Source: a virus
Taxonomy: Duplodnaviria; Caudoviricetes
DNA length: 29,077 bases
Direction: 5' to 3' (one strand)
IMG/VR virus record: IMGVR_UViG_3300010244_000002
Coordinates: 1 to 29,077 of that record
The notes under the pieces were generated by a model. That model had not been told where the DNA came from and searched no databases. It saw only the letters and a program-made list of their open reading frames with translations. Shown here piece after piece: positions 8,681-18,127 of this stretch (within the stretch, counting starts at the first letter, position 1; each line of letters opens with the position of its first letter). A program made the translations under genes and the position numbers.

Positions 8681-9545
8681 TGTCTGTAGACCTCCTTAGT
8701 ACAATATCTTTCACTCGGTTCGCAAAATCGAAGTCCATATTTGTTGAAACTGTGTAGTTCAATGTTAAGGGTCTTCCAAATACAACTCTGTCCATTTCGA
8801 GAGGTTGTTCTAATAGTTGGTCAAACGAGTGAGATTGTAATTGATATTGGTTTTTCTCTTCAGGACTTTCACCCATTATAATCATAACCACTTTTAGTAA
8901 AGCATCTAAACACCGTATCGTATCTAAATTAGTACTTACGGGTGTAACGTCTACGGTATCATTAGAAGTATATCCTTTACGGACACCGAATGGATTTTCT
9001 CCATTTTTCATGCCTTCTTTCGAAACATAGTGGATAGTAACTGTAATAGGCTCTTTGTCCTCTCCACCATCGAGTAACCCTTGGTTATTATGAATATCAA
9101 ATAGTATTTTGTTATCCTCTATCCGTACATTATCTTGTTCAGAGAAACTAATCTGTTCAATAGTTGTTAATTCACCAATAGGATGACTCAACGGAAAAGC
9201 TAAAGTGTAGTCATCATATTGTTCGACTGTTGAACTTTCAATTCTTGAACCTTCTTCCCTTTCTGTATAGGTGCTTTCTACGTTCCCTATAGAAGTGGAT
9301 GTTTGTTTACTGGGTCCTAAACTGACAACAATCCGAGCCTTGAATCTTTCTTTTTGACTAGGGAAGCTGTAGGAAAATTCGATGACATCTTTTGGGTTTT
9401 CACCACAATAAGAGTCTATGAAATTTTTTCTAGCATCCTTATCTACTTCCTCTAAAGATTCATGAACAATATCTTCATGCTTTAATAACTCTCTTAGTTT
9501 TGTTCTCAACGAATGATAAACGTATGTATCTAAACTTGGTATCAA
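8667..9545 (-). CDS. Probable tail terminator / neck protein
   Basis: MIPSLDTY start (TTG, GAGGAGG RBS), NLDTIRCLDALLK motif and position before the sheath. Confidence 0.65.
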   Translation of the reverse strand: MIPSLDTYVYHSLRTKLRELLKHEDIVHESLEEVDKDARKNFIDSYCGENPKDVIEFSYSFPSQKERFKARIVVSLGPSKQTSTSIGNVESTYTEREEGSRIESSTVEQYDDYTLAFPLSHPIGELTTIEQISFSEQDNVRIEDNKILFDIHNNQGLLDGGEDKEPITVTIHYVSKEGMKNGENPFGVRKGYTSNDTVDVTPVSTNLDTIRCLDALLKVVMIIMGESPEEKNQYQLQSHSFDQLLEQPLEMDRVVFGRPLTLNYTVSTNMDFDFANRVKDIVLRRSTDIGNR

Positions 9546-9600
9546 GTTTGTTAAACCCTCCTCACGTTTAAGCTATTAAGGGCTTTTCGTTTCTGTTCTT

Positions 9601-9615
9601 TAATATAACAGAACT
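9601..9615 (-). promoter_or_regulatory. Putative phage late promoter (AGTTCTGTTATATTA)
   Basis: The identical 15-mer also occurs at 14096-14110, and a near-identical copy at 15873. Confidence 0.72.
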
Positions 9616-9638
9616 ACCCTTATCTTTAATTTCTTTTT

Positions 9639-10310
9639 CTAACGAACAAGTCCTCTATTTGCTTTTCGATTATATTTTTTAACTGCATCCATAATTCGTT
9701 TAGTTTCATCATCTTGGTCAAAAGGATTAGATTTCTGTCTATTTACAATCCAGCTGGATGGATGAGATTTATCACTAACTGTACGAAAGGCAACATATTT
9801 GTTTCCTCGTCCTGTCATGGAGTTGTTTTTCATCTTAGTGATATTATTGCTTCGTGGTGTATACTGCAATTCTTTTGTAGCAGATGTATTTCCTTTTCGG
9901 TTGTCATATAAATAATCAGAAACAATATTTCTGCTGTTTTGTCCTTCCTCCATAGCTCTAGAGTTCAGGTCTTTATATAAACGACTAGACATGCCTGAGG
10001 ATTCTCTATGACGACTTCTAGATGTATATAACCGTATAGGGACAACAAGATACCATCCACCATCTTTAGACCTTTTTCTCTTTGGACTTCGTTTAAATTG
10101 TTCTTTTAAGTCAATGACTTGGTCTCCAGATTCTTGTTGTTCTTGTTGGCTTCGTAGTCGTACGTTTCCACCTTTTTGATTCACACTATACTCATTAGAT
10201 TGAGCAAATACTTGGGCTAGTGAATTAGCTCGGTTACTTGCCATTCCTCTACCCATACTAGAAACTCGTTTATTTAACTCGTCAAATATGTCATCGTTTG
10301 TTTGTGCCAT
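9639..10310 (-). CDS. Neck-region / tail completion protein
   Basis: GGWYLVVPIR and YVAFRTVSDKSHPSSWIVNR motifs, located within the head-tail joining cluster. Confidence 0.6.
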   Translation of the reverse strand: MAQTNDDIFDELNKRVSSMGRGMASNRANSLAQVFAQSNEYSVNQKGGNVRLRSQQEQQESGDQVIDLKEQFKRSPKRKRSKDGGWYLVVPIRLYTSRSRHRESSGMSSRLYKDLNSRAMEEGQNSRNIVSDYLYDNRKGNTSATKELQYTPRSNNITKMKNNSMTGRGNKYVAFRTVSDKSHPSSWIVNRQKSNPFDQDDETKRIMDAVKKYNRKANRGLVR

Positions 10311-11176
10311 TACATCATCCCTCCAAAGAATCCACCTTCATTAGTATTTGTATTCATATCTCGTTTAGGGTCTAACCATTGAGTATTTTCTTCTGGTTGT
10401 GGTTCCTCTTCATCATTAGTAAATGGTATTGGATTAACCCAAGCATCTTCTCTTTTAAGAAGAACTTTACGAGGAAGGTTCGTAAATGTTTCGTTAAAGT
10501 TTCCTCGATTGGTATACTGGTATCGACTCTCTTTAAGTAGATCAATAACAATATATCTAAGAATTGTTGTGATATTTAAAGTCACATTCTTATGAAGTAA
10601 ATGGTCTTCTGGTTTAAACAAGTTTCTCTCGTAATCAATTGTAAAGTCCTTACCTTCTTGAATTGTTTCTGCATCATCTGTTAATGCTAAGGTAATTTCT
10701 TTTACATCATAAGGTAGAAAATGTCCATGCTCTAGTCGGTATTGATTTATATCAAATAACATAGATTGAGATATTTTTACCTCAGGAAGTGTAATCCTAT
10801 CTCGAAACGTAACAATAGACTCAGGTTCTGTTGTAGCTATAGCTGTTCCTGACTCAACTAATCCTAAGTCTTTACTAGAAACATCTCTGTCTTGGTTTTG
10901 AATAATAAGTGTTTCTTCTTGAGCTGGTATATATCCAATACCTCGACCATGACAAATAGGACAACTTGGGTCGGGGGATTTTGTCATTCTCGTCCGACAT
11001 GGACATAAGAATGATTTTTCCCATAACGTTTTAAGTCCTCTGTCTGATATAAGATTATTAATTTGAGTTACATCAAACTCTAAACGAGGGGTTGTTCGAT
11101 AACTTGGTTGATTATCAGGAGGTGCTGGATTAGAATCAGGTTGTGATTCACCAAATCGTGTTGGTTTTTCTGCCAT
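10310..11176 (-). CDS. Neck (stopper-like) protein with Cys cluster
   Basis: WEKSFLCPC...CPICHGRG motif; second gene of the neck cluster. Confidence 0.65.
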   Translation of the reverse strand: MAEKPTRFGESQPDSNPAPPDNQPSYRTTPRLEFDVTQINNLISDRGLKTLWEKSFLCPCRTRMTKSPDPSCPICHGRGIGYIPAQEETLIIQNQDRDVSSKDLGLVESGTAIATTEPESIVTFRDRITLPEVKISQSMLFDINQYRLEHGHFLPYDVKEITLALTDDAETIQEGKDFTIDYERNLFKPEDHLLHKNVTLNITTILRYIVIDLLKESRYQYTNRGNFNETFTNLPRKVLLKREDAWVNPIPFTNDEEEPQPEENTQWLDPKRDMNTNTNEGGFFGGMM

Positions 11177-11189
11177 GTATTTTCCCTCC

Positions 11190-12113
11190 TTATACGGTAA
11201 TCAATGGGTTGTCCCCAAAGTAGGATTTCAATCGTTCTCGCAAATCATCTATGTCTGATGTAATTTGTCCTAACTCTGCACTCATTGCTGAATATTGAGC
11301 AGACTGGGTTGTACCCATAGACTGAGATACTCCATCAATATTAATACTCGTACTTGCTAGTCCTGGTTGAATAAGAAGTCTACCCCATTGTTGGAATACT
11401 TCTTTTAATGCTAATTTAGCTATGTACTGGTCTAATGTTGCTGGGACTTCCCATGGTTTGTTATATCCTCTGTTTTTTCTTGGTAGCATTCCTGCTATAT
11501 AATCCAGATGAACCATTTTTGGAGCAAAGGTTTTTCCTCTTGTATGAACTCCCATGTTATAAAATCCATACAGTGGGTTTGCGTGAGCAGCTCCTCTGTA
11601 GTTATCTAATGATCCAGTTAAAGGAGAAGGTGATACTTCTACATGTCCGAACAAATGATAAGTTTTAATCCAATCACTTGGGTAGCTATACATTGTTCTT
11701 CCGTTGTACTCTATTTTTAGGTCTTGTACCTGTAATATTGGTCTTCTATAAGCATGTGTATGCATGTAAGAATTAAATTCTTGTGAACGGTAGTCATGAT
11801 GCTCTTGTAAAGCTCTGGGAATAATCGCTATATCTAAGTCTTGTTCTGCTTGGTTAATCGCTGTTTCTAAGAAGTGTTCATAAAAGTCGTCTCCCATTTC
11901 TTTTCCTGTTGCTGGGTCTTCTATTTTCAATCCAAACATATACCCTTTTAAGAAGTTTGATGTATACCCATAGTCAGCTAGGGTGATATCATCTATATTA
12001 TCTACATCAATCATTTCAGGGTTGTTATGAGAATATGAATGGCTATAGTCTTCTCTGCTAAAGTTTGGGTCTCTCTCTGGTTCTTGTCCTTGCCTGTCTA
12101 CATAGTATGGCAC
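11190..12113 (-). CDS. Head-tail adaptor (neck) protein
   Basis: LDIAIIPR, QWGRLLIQPGLAS..IDGVSQS..TTQSA motifs; follows the capsid cluster. Confidence 0.68.
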   Translation of the reverse strand: MPYYVDRQGQEPERDPNFSREDYSHSYSHNNPEMIDVDNIDDITLADYGYTSNFLKGYMFGLKIEDPATGKEMGDDFYEHFLETAINQAEQDLDIAIIPRALQEHHDYRSQEFNSYMHTHAYRRPILQVQDLKIEYNGRTMYSYPSDWIKTYHLFGHVEVSPSPLTGSLDNYRGAAHANPLYGFYNMGVHTRGKTFAPKMVHLDYIAGMLPRKNRGYNKPWEVPATLDQYIAKLALKEVFQQWGRLLIQPGLASTSINIDGVSQSMGTTQSAQYSAMSAELGQITSDIDDLRERLKSYFGDNPLITV

Positions 12114-12155
12114 TTTATCTTACTCCTTTCTGTGTATAATTGAGGAGTTTTCAAA

Positions 12156-12458
12156 TTATTTATCTTCTTTCTTGTTGGATGGTTTTTCTTCAGCTTGTGA
12201 TTCAACTTCTTTATCTTGTTTCTCTTTAATTGCTTTTTCCTTTTTCTGTTCCTTCTTCTTCGAGGATTCAGCTTTATCTTCTGAATCTTCTTCAATTTCT
12301 TTCTGTTCTGCTTTTGTTCGATAAGTGAATCCTTGTACGTTACCTAGATTCTTTTGTTGAGTAGCACTTAAATCATCAGAAAATCCGTTTTCATCAAATG
12401 TTACCTCACCAAAAGCTGTTGCGGTTTTTATGTTGCGTAATGTATCATGAATTAACAT
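12156..12458 (-). CDS. Hypothetical protein downstream of the capsid gene (Lys/Glu-rich tail)
   Basis: Start moved to the ATG at 12458 (AAAGGAGAG RBS) because the longer track ORF begins inside the terminator. Confidence 0.75.
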   Translation of the reverse strand: MLIHDTLRNIKTATAFGEVTFDENGFSDDLSATQQKNLGNVQGFTYRTKAEQKEIEEDSEDKAESSKKKEQKKEKAIKEKQDKEVESQAEEKPSNKKEDK

Positions 12459-12486
12459 AAAATAATTTCTCTCCTTTAGATGTAAT

Positions 12487-12521
12487 AAAAAAAGAGGTGA
12501 GAGGCTCATCCCCCCCACCTC
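12487..12521 (-). terminator. Intrinsic terminator after the major capsid gene
   Basis: GAGGTGGGGGG...CCTCTCACCTC stem (with G-U pairs) followed by T7. Confidence 0.85.
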
Positions 12522-12554
12522 AAATAGGTTTCTTTCTAATCTATGTATTTAATT

Positions 12555-13976
12555 TTAGAAAAAGTTGTGTACGTCTTGTACTGGAATTGACTCAACGTTT
12601 TTAATTCGAGCAAATCGACGAGGTGCTCTTAGTGCTAAAGCTCCATACCAAAGAATTGAGAATGTTACTGAAGCATTTAATTGAGCTAATGGTAAACGCA
12701 TAATTGGAAGTAATTCGAACAAGTGTACAACTTGTGGGCTCATTTCCCCAACAAACACGTCTGCTGTTTCTGGAATGTTACCATTTTTATCTTCGAATAC
12801 GATGTTACCAGTTTCATCTTGTTCAGATGCTGGAATGCGTTCGATTAGGTAATACATGTCTGTTTCAGTTCCTTGACGGTAAACGTTAATGTATTGAGGA
12901 CGTTGTTGGTGCATACCGTTTACTTGGATGTTTAATGATACTGCATCTGTACGGTTAGCAACTGTTGCTGAAACAACATCAGAAGGTGCTGATTGTCCGC
13001 CTTCAGTATTTACAACAACTTTATAATTTTGTGCTTTTTGATGTTTTTCTTGGAAGTTTCCACCTGCATTTGTACTTACTTCTGCTGTAACTACTGGTTT
13101 AGCTGGAGCAGTTGGTTCTGGAATGTATGTATCGTCTAAAATGTTTTCTATATCCATTACTGTAGAACCATGTAGTCGGATAAATCCACGAGCAGAGTAG
13201 AACCCTTGAACTCTAAAGCCTAAGTTAACGTTATCAGAGTTGTCTCTTGTTAACTGAGTTTGTTTTTGTAAGTGGTTATTGATAAATTCTGCTTGGACAC
13301 CAATCGGCATAAATGCATCTGTTGGTGTACCGAAACCTTTAGCGATTGTTACGGCTGCATAGTTTAATGCTTGTTCAGATAATGGTTGACCTTCTAAGTC
13401 AATAACGTTATCTTTATCAATCAATTTAGCTAAACCATCAAATTGTAATCCTGAACCACGGTCTGGGTCGTCTGATAAGTCAGAGTCACCATAGAATGAA
13501 GCCCATTCAATTGATTTAGCAATGTTAGCAATACCATCTGATGTTTGTATTTGCATAGGGTCAGAGATATTGTTAACTAACTGAGTTGCAAGTGATACGT
13601 TTTTGGTATCAGATAAGTACTTCATGTCGACCTTTTTCTTACGTAAAGTTGGTTGAGATTCTGGTGCTACACCAATCTCACGAACGAAACGAGAAGGTCC
13701 TACTTCACCGTGACGACTAAATACTGTGTACTGAGCTACAGTAGATTCAGAAGGTCTACGTGCTACGTTATGGAAGAATGTTAAATCATTCTCAGTCCAT
13801 GTAAGCATTGTGATTTCGTCATCCAGGAACTCTGGGCGTAACGCCTCTGCATCTTGTTGTTCAAAGGGGTTAATTTCGTGCCCCGTAGTCATTCCTTTTT
13901 GGGTAGCTTCAGTATGTGCCCCAATGACTTGTTTCTGGGCATCATTAAGGTTTTGTTCAGTTATTTGTTTTCCCAT
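12555..13976 (-). CDS. Major capsid protein precursor
   Basis: 473 aa with KGMTTGHEINP..Q..AEALRPEFLDDEITMLTW, IAKSIEWASFYGD, GLQFDGLAKLI and LWYGALALRAP motifs matching the Herelleviridae capsid. Confidence 0.95.
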   Translation of the reverse strand: MGKQITEQNLNDAQKQVIGAHTEATQKGMTTGHEINPFEQQDAEALRPEFLDDEITMLTWTENDLTFFHNVARRPSESTVAQYTVFSRHGEVGPSRFVREIGVAPESQPTLRKKKVDMKYLSDTKNVSLATQLVNNISDPMQIQTSDGIANIAKSIEWASFYGDSDLSDDPDRGSGLQFDGLAKLIDKDNVIDLEGQPLSEQALNYAAVTIAKGFGTPTDAFMPIGVQAEFINNHLQKQTQLTRDNSDNVNLGFRVQGFYSARGFIRLHGSTVMDIENILDDTYIPEPTAPAKPVVTAEVSTNAGGNFQEKHQKAQNYKVVVNTEGGQSAPSDVVSATVANRTDAVSLNIQVNGMHQQRPQYINVYRQGTETDMYYLIERIPASEQDETGNIVFEDKNGNIPETADVFVGEMSPQVVHLFELLPIMRLPLAQLNASVTFSILWYGALALRAPRRFARIKNVESIPVQDVHNFF

Positions 13977-14036
13977 TGATATACTCCTTTAATTAATAGT
14001 TTTATTTTTTAGTATTCTTTGATAATATGTATGAGT

Positions 14037-14088
14037 AAAAACCAAGAGCAGACATTAGGAGGGAATAGTGGTTCGGTCTGCCCTTGTT
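14037..14088 (-). promoter_or_regulatory. Stem-loop in the capsid mRNA leader
   Basis: CAAGGGCAGAC/GTCTGCTCTTG 11-bp stem (one G-U), loop containing CCCTCCT, followed by GTTTTT. It lies between the promoter and the start codon. Confidence 0.6.
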
Positions 14089-14095
14089 ATTCTCT

Positions 14096-14110
14096 TAATA
14101 TAACAGAACT
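14096..14110 (-). promoter_or_regulatory. Putative phage late promoter of the capsid gene (AGTTCTGTTATATTA)
   Basis: Exact copy of the motif at 9601-9615. Confidence 0.75.
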
Positions 14111-14134
14111 TATTAGTTCGTTATTTCCCCTCTA

Positions 14135-15031
14135 TTATTTGTCGTCTCCAACAAATTTTACAATTCGGTCAATGTCTTGTGGAGAACCTTTACCACTTTT
14201 CGCATTGCGATAACTTTCTTGTAAATGGAATATTTCTGTACGGTCTAAGTCGGGAGCTGATTTCTTGAATTGTTCCAAGAATGGCTCTTTGTACTCGTTA
14301 AAACTAAACCCTTTTTCTGCTTCTTCTTCGTTTTCTTCTTCTTGTTCTTCAGAACCTTCTTCAGTTCCGATGTTTTTCTCAGCATAAGAAACAGATTTTG
14401 ATTCGGAGTTAGAGTTAGAGTTAGAATTAGATTCAGGTTCTTTTTCAACTGTTTTTTCAGCAGTTTCTACAGATTTTTCAGAAGCGATTTCTTCAGTCTC
14501 TTTTTCTAAATCTCCAATGGACTTCGTGATTTCAGAAACTTCTTCTTGTTGTTCAGAAACTTTAGAAGCTAAATTATCAATAGACTTACGTAAGTTATCT
14601 AACTCTTTCGAGTTATTTTGATAAGATTTAAGAACTGTTTCCAAAGCACCTACGAATGATTTATTTAACTCATCAATTTTATCTGAGTTATCAATAACTT
14701 CTTTCTCTGCTTTTTCGTCCCCGTCCTCATCATCTTCGGAATCCGAATCCGCATCCACATCCTCTTTTTCTTCAGATTCTTCGGAGTCTTCATCCTTTTT
14801 CTTCTTATCTTTTTTCTTTTTACTCTCGTCGGTATCTTCATCAGAGTTCTCGTCTGATTCTTTGTCCTCATCTTTATATGTATCTTTGTCGTCTTCGCTA
14901 TTCGCTTTTTCTGCTTCTTCTTTCTTCTGTTTCTCTTCTTCTTTTTCGACAGACTTTTGAGCTTCATCAAGTTGTTCTTCTCTTGAATCCACTTCTTGAC
15001 TATACTCATCTAACATGTTTTCTAGTTTCAA
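14135..15031 (-). CDS. Probable capsid scaffold protein
   Basis: Highly acidic, coiled-coil-like protein between the protease and capsid genes, with several KS/KG sites. Confidence 0.65.
   Translation of the reverse strand: MKLENMLDEYSQEVDSREEQLDEAQKSVEKEEEKQKKEEAEKANSEDDKDTYKDEDKESDENSDEDTDESKKKKDKKKKDEDSEESEEKEDVDADSDSEDDEDGDEKAEKEVIDNSDKIDELNKSFVGALETVLKSYQNNSKELDNLRKSIDNLASKVSEQQEEVSEITKSIGDLEKETEEIASEKSVETAEKTVEKEPESNSNSNSNSESKSVSYAEKNIGTEEGSEEQEEENEEEAEKGFSFNEYKEPFLEQFKKSAPDLDRTEIFHLQESYRNAKSGKGSPQDIDRIVKFVGDDK
14406..14429. repeat. Hexamer repeat (GAGTTA)3-GAATTA encoding an SN run in the scaffold
   Basis: Read directly from the sequence. Confidence 0.85.
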
Positions 15032-15050
15032 TTACTTATACCCCTTTCAA

Positions 15051-15845
15051 TTATTTTGAGTGTTTATCTATAAACTCTTCAGCTTCTTTACGAGTAATGC
15101 CTTCTGATAGTTGTAAAAGGACTGTTCCACTTTCTCTATCGTTACGTTCAGAATAGTCCAGTTTCTCAGCAACCTCTTTCCAAAGAGTTTTTAATTCTTC
15201 GGGTTTTGTTTCGTTATAAACCCATGTCAATTTGGTTACTGCATCAGAAAGATATTCTCTCCGTATAGCTGCACCGTCTGTTTGTTCTGCTGGATTCGTT
15301 TCGTGTCCAGTTGTTAAACCTTTCATGAATGTTTCCCATGTGGCTTCAGTATTTGCTGGGTTCTTGGTTATAGCTACGTTTGTAATCATAACGTCTTCAA
15401 CAATATGGCTTTCAACGTCATTCCGTTTTCGGATTGCTCCTTCAATAGAGAATCCTAAATTACGGTTAATTCCATTTTTGCTAATTTGATTTGCTAAGTC
15501 CCACATTTGTTTAGCATACTTATTTTCTTTGAATAATACTGCTTCAACAAATAATCCTTTACTAAAATCTACATATGTATTTTCGGTTGGCGCACCAATT
15601 ACATATTCAGCATCTTGTTTATGTTCGTAATTAATCCACCCTGATTTAACAAAGTAATCAATATTAATACCATTTGGCTCAACAATTTCACCTTGTGCAT
15701 CTAAATCAGGTGTTGAAGCATAACCTTGTATATACCATTTTTTTTCAACATTATCGGATTGGTTTGTTTTATAAACAGAAGAACTGACATCTATCGGAAC
15801 AAAGATGTCAAACTTTACATCATCCGTCAAATTATTCTCACCCAC
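15051..15845 (-). CDS. Prohead protease
   Basis: GYASTPDLDAQGEIVEP.G, GWINYEH, LGFSIEG and NVAITKNPAN motifs; lies between portal and scaffold. Confidence 0.9.
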   Translation of the reverse strand: MGENNLTDDVKFDIFVPIDVSSSVYKTNQSDNVEKKWYIQGYASTPDLDAQGEIVEPNGINIDYFVKSGWINYEHKQDAEYVIGAPTENTYVDFSKGLFVEAVLFKENKYAKQMWDLANQISKNGINRNLGFSIEGAIRKRNDVESHIVEDVMITNVAITKNPANTEATWETFMKGLTTGHETNPAEQTDGAAIRREYLSDAVTKLTWVYNETKPEELKTLWKEVAEKLDYSERNDRESGTVLLQLSEGITRKEAEEFIDKHSK

Positions 15846-15872
15846 TTTCAGTTTCGTTTTATCCTACCCTTT

Positions 15873-15887
15873 TAATATAACAGAACA
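15873..15887 (-). promoter_or_regulatory. Putative phage late promoter (TGTTCTGTTATATTA)
   Basis: Motif copy in the portal-protease gap. Confidence 0.68.
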
Positions 15888-15905
15888 ACTTCGTGTCTAT
15901 TTTAT

Positions 15906-17615
15906 CTAAGAGTTATCCTTATCTTCATTTTGGTTCATAGAGTTTGCGTTGTCTTGTTCTTTACTCTGACCATCCCTTCCTACAACTCCTCTAGTGTCTT
16001 TGCCATCCACATTTGATGAGTTTCCAGCAAGCCCTTGTTGAATATCTTGGAAGGATAATCCTGTTGATGAACCGTCAGCTAAGGTTGTTGTTGTGGTTTG
16101 TTGAATCATTTGATTTAATCGGTCTTGTTGTTTTTGATACTCGAAGTTTTCCTTCTGTACTTCTTGTCCAATACGTTGTACAATAGTACCATTCAATGGA
16201 ATGTCTCCTCCTGGGACATCGCCAGGTAAACCAAGTTCTTCTCGGACTTCATTAACGGTCATAGCAATTTTACCTTTTTCAGCTAATACTTTAATTTTCT
16301 GTAACTCAGTTGAAACGTCTCCTCCAACAAATTGGAAATAATATTTATCTCCAAATTCTGAGACAATATGTTTATTAATAACACCCTCAATAAAGTTCAC
16401 TAACGGAAGGAGTCCTTTATTTTGTGAGGCTTGCATTTTCTCTCCAGCATTTCCTTCATTCAGTGTTGGTCCGCTAGAACCTGTTGCTCCACCTCTGTTC
16501 GGGAAATTAATTTCTGCTGGGTCTATACCATAAGTCGAAGATATAACGTTAATTAAAAAGTTTAACCAAGACTCAAATTCCATGTCTCTCGCAGTTGGGG
16601 TCATGTTTACGAACTTAACGTCCTCTGCATTGACAACAGGTATTTGCCAAGCTCCATTAATACCACTCAAGGTATTCTTCCATTCTCTCTTGAACATATC
16701 TAAAGCTGCTTGAGATTGATTTGTAGAAGATTTTAATTGAAGAACTCCTCTAGTAGTACCGCCATGTGAGAAGAAACGATCATTAAATCGTACAGTATTC
16801 TCATAGGCATTCAGTTCAAACATTGTTGTTTCTAGCTCAGATTTTCCATAGCCTTTTGAATATACATCTGAACGAGGGTTTCTTATTTCAAAAGCCATTT
16901 CTCTAGGAGAGAAACTTTGAACAACTCTTCCATTAAGGACCTGGACGTATCTTGGTCCTTCTTTTGGTTTATTCCCTTCTTCATCTGTAGCAAAGTACAT
17001 CGTTGCTGGGTCTACTATTTTAAACCACTGGAAGTTTCCATTTGAATCAAATATTTTTTCAAAGTTTACTTGGTCATATATGAGTGTATCTCTTACAATT
17101 TTCTTAACAAATTCAGAAAGTCCATCTCTCGTTGTGTCTTTTTCTTTCCCGCCTTCAAGAATAAATTGTTCGATTTTTCTCATTTCATCAATTTCTTTAT
17201 CTGTAGGTTCTGTGTTAATATCTTTTAATCGGATTTGAAATCCGACACCTTTTTCGGAGTATCTAGATGGTGTACAAAACAAAGAGACCTGATTTGTACG
17301 TGTATTAATAATTGCATTAAGGATTGTATTGTTCGTATATCGTCTAAGCAAACTATGTAAATCATAATGTCCAGTTGCGGAAGGTCGTCCTTGATACTCA
17401 GGGTTCATACTCATCGAACCAAGTAATGGTTTAGAATAAGCGGTTTCATTTCCATTAAAACCTTTTGCCATTTGTTTATCCTGAATTTGCTTAATCGCTG
17501 TATCGTATTCCATATCTTCTACAGGGAGATCATAAACTTGTTTTTCTTGATTTGCTTCTTGGTCTTTGTCAACCCCAAGCATTTTCATTCGCATGTTTTC
17601 GAATAATCCTGCCAC
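15906..17615 (-). CDS. Portal protein
   Basis: 569 aa with ILNAIINTRTNQVS.F, RDTLIYDQVNFE, FNDRFFSHGGTTRG, GINGAWQIPV, DMEFESWLNFLIN and IDPAEINFPNRGG motifs. Confidence 0.93.
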   Translation of the reverse strand: MAGLFENMRMKMLGVDKDQEANQEKQVYDLPVEDMEYDTAIKQIQDKQMAKGFNGNETAYSKPLLGSMSMNPEYQGRPSATGHYDLHSLLRRYTNNTILNAIINTRTNQVSLFCTPSRYSEKGVGFQIRLKDINTEPTDKEIDEMRKIEQFILEGGKEKDTTRDGLSEFVKKIVRDTLIYDQVNFEKIFDSNGNFQWFKIVDPATMYFATDEEGNKPKEGPRYVQVLNGRVVQSFSPREMAFEIRNPRSDVYSKGYGKSELETTMFELNAYENTVRFNDRFFSHGGTTRGVLQLKSSTNQSQAALDMFKREWKNTLSGINGAWQIPVVNAEDVKFVNMTPTARDMEFESWLNFLINVISSTYGIDPAEINFPNRGGATGSSGPTLNEGNAGEKMQASQNKGLLPLVNFIEGVINKHIVSEFGDKYYFQFVGGDVSTELQKIKVLAEKGKIAMTVNEVREELGLPGDVPGGDIPLNGTIVQRIGQEVQKENFEYQKQQDRLNQMIQQTTTTTLADGSSTGLSFQDIQQGLAGNSSNVDGKDTRGVVGRDGQSKEQDNANSMNQNEDKDNS

Positions 17616-17645
17616 GCTAATAAAACCTCCTTCCTATCGTTTGTT

Positions 17646-18029
17646 CTATTCGTATATTTTTACTTCGTTCTCTTCGTCTATTTTGTTGTCGTTAGGTAGG
17701 GTAATTACTTTTTCTATTGGGTTATCGTTAAAGAAGAAACTTTTTTTACTTTGGTTTACCTCAGTGTAGTCATAAACTTGGAGTTCTTTTTCTCGGTTTA
17801 TAACAAGAACATCTCCACTATCTAAAACATCAATAACTCGTTTTTGATCCTCGTCTAAAATAGAGAACAATTGGACTTTGTTTCCTCCTAGTTCACTATA
17901 ATAACTAATGATTTCTACCCAGTTATTTTGAAAGCCTGTCATTTTAGCTATATGTTTAGCTTGGCTCCATTCTGTATCTTCTGAAAACATTACACCCTCC
18001 AATCCACTCATATTACTATTGTACCACAA
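17646..18029 (-). CDS. Conserved hypothetical protein upstream of the portal
   Basis: 127-aa ORF abutting the portal RBS and preceded by a late-type motif. Confidence 0.7.
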   Translation of the reverse strand: MWYNSNMSGLEGVMFSEDTEWSQAKHIAKMTGFQNNWVEIISYYSELGGNKVQLFSILDEDQKRVIDVLDSGDVLVINREKELQVYDYTEVNQSKKSFFFNDNPIEKVITLPNDNKIDEENEVKIYE

Positions 18030-18071
18030 ATACTAAAGTTACTTATCCTCTATGGAACCCTCTACCCTTTA

Positions 18072-18086
18072 TAATATAAGACAACT
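18072..18086 (-). promoter_or_regulatory. Putative phage late promoter (AGTTGTCTTATATTA)
   Basis: Motif copy immediately downstream of a terminator and upstream of the portal operon. Confidence 0.62.
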
Positions 18087-18094
18087 TTGTAGCT

Positions 18095-18127
18095 AAAAAA
18101 AAATACACCCTCAATAAGAAGGTGTAT
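18095..18127 (-). terminator. Intrinsic terminator of the putative ncRNA
   Basis: ATACACCTTC/GAGGGTGTAT 10-bp stem (one G-U) followed by a long T-tract. Confidence 0.88.

Noticed and set aside
12459-12518. N-terminal extension of the 120-aa ORF
   Set aside because: It overlaps the capsid terminator, and a good RBS precedes the ATG at 12458.
14245-15156. Lys-rich alternative-frame ORFs over the scaffold gene
   Set aside because: They are by-products of GAA/AAA-rich low-complexity coding sequence.
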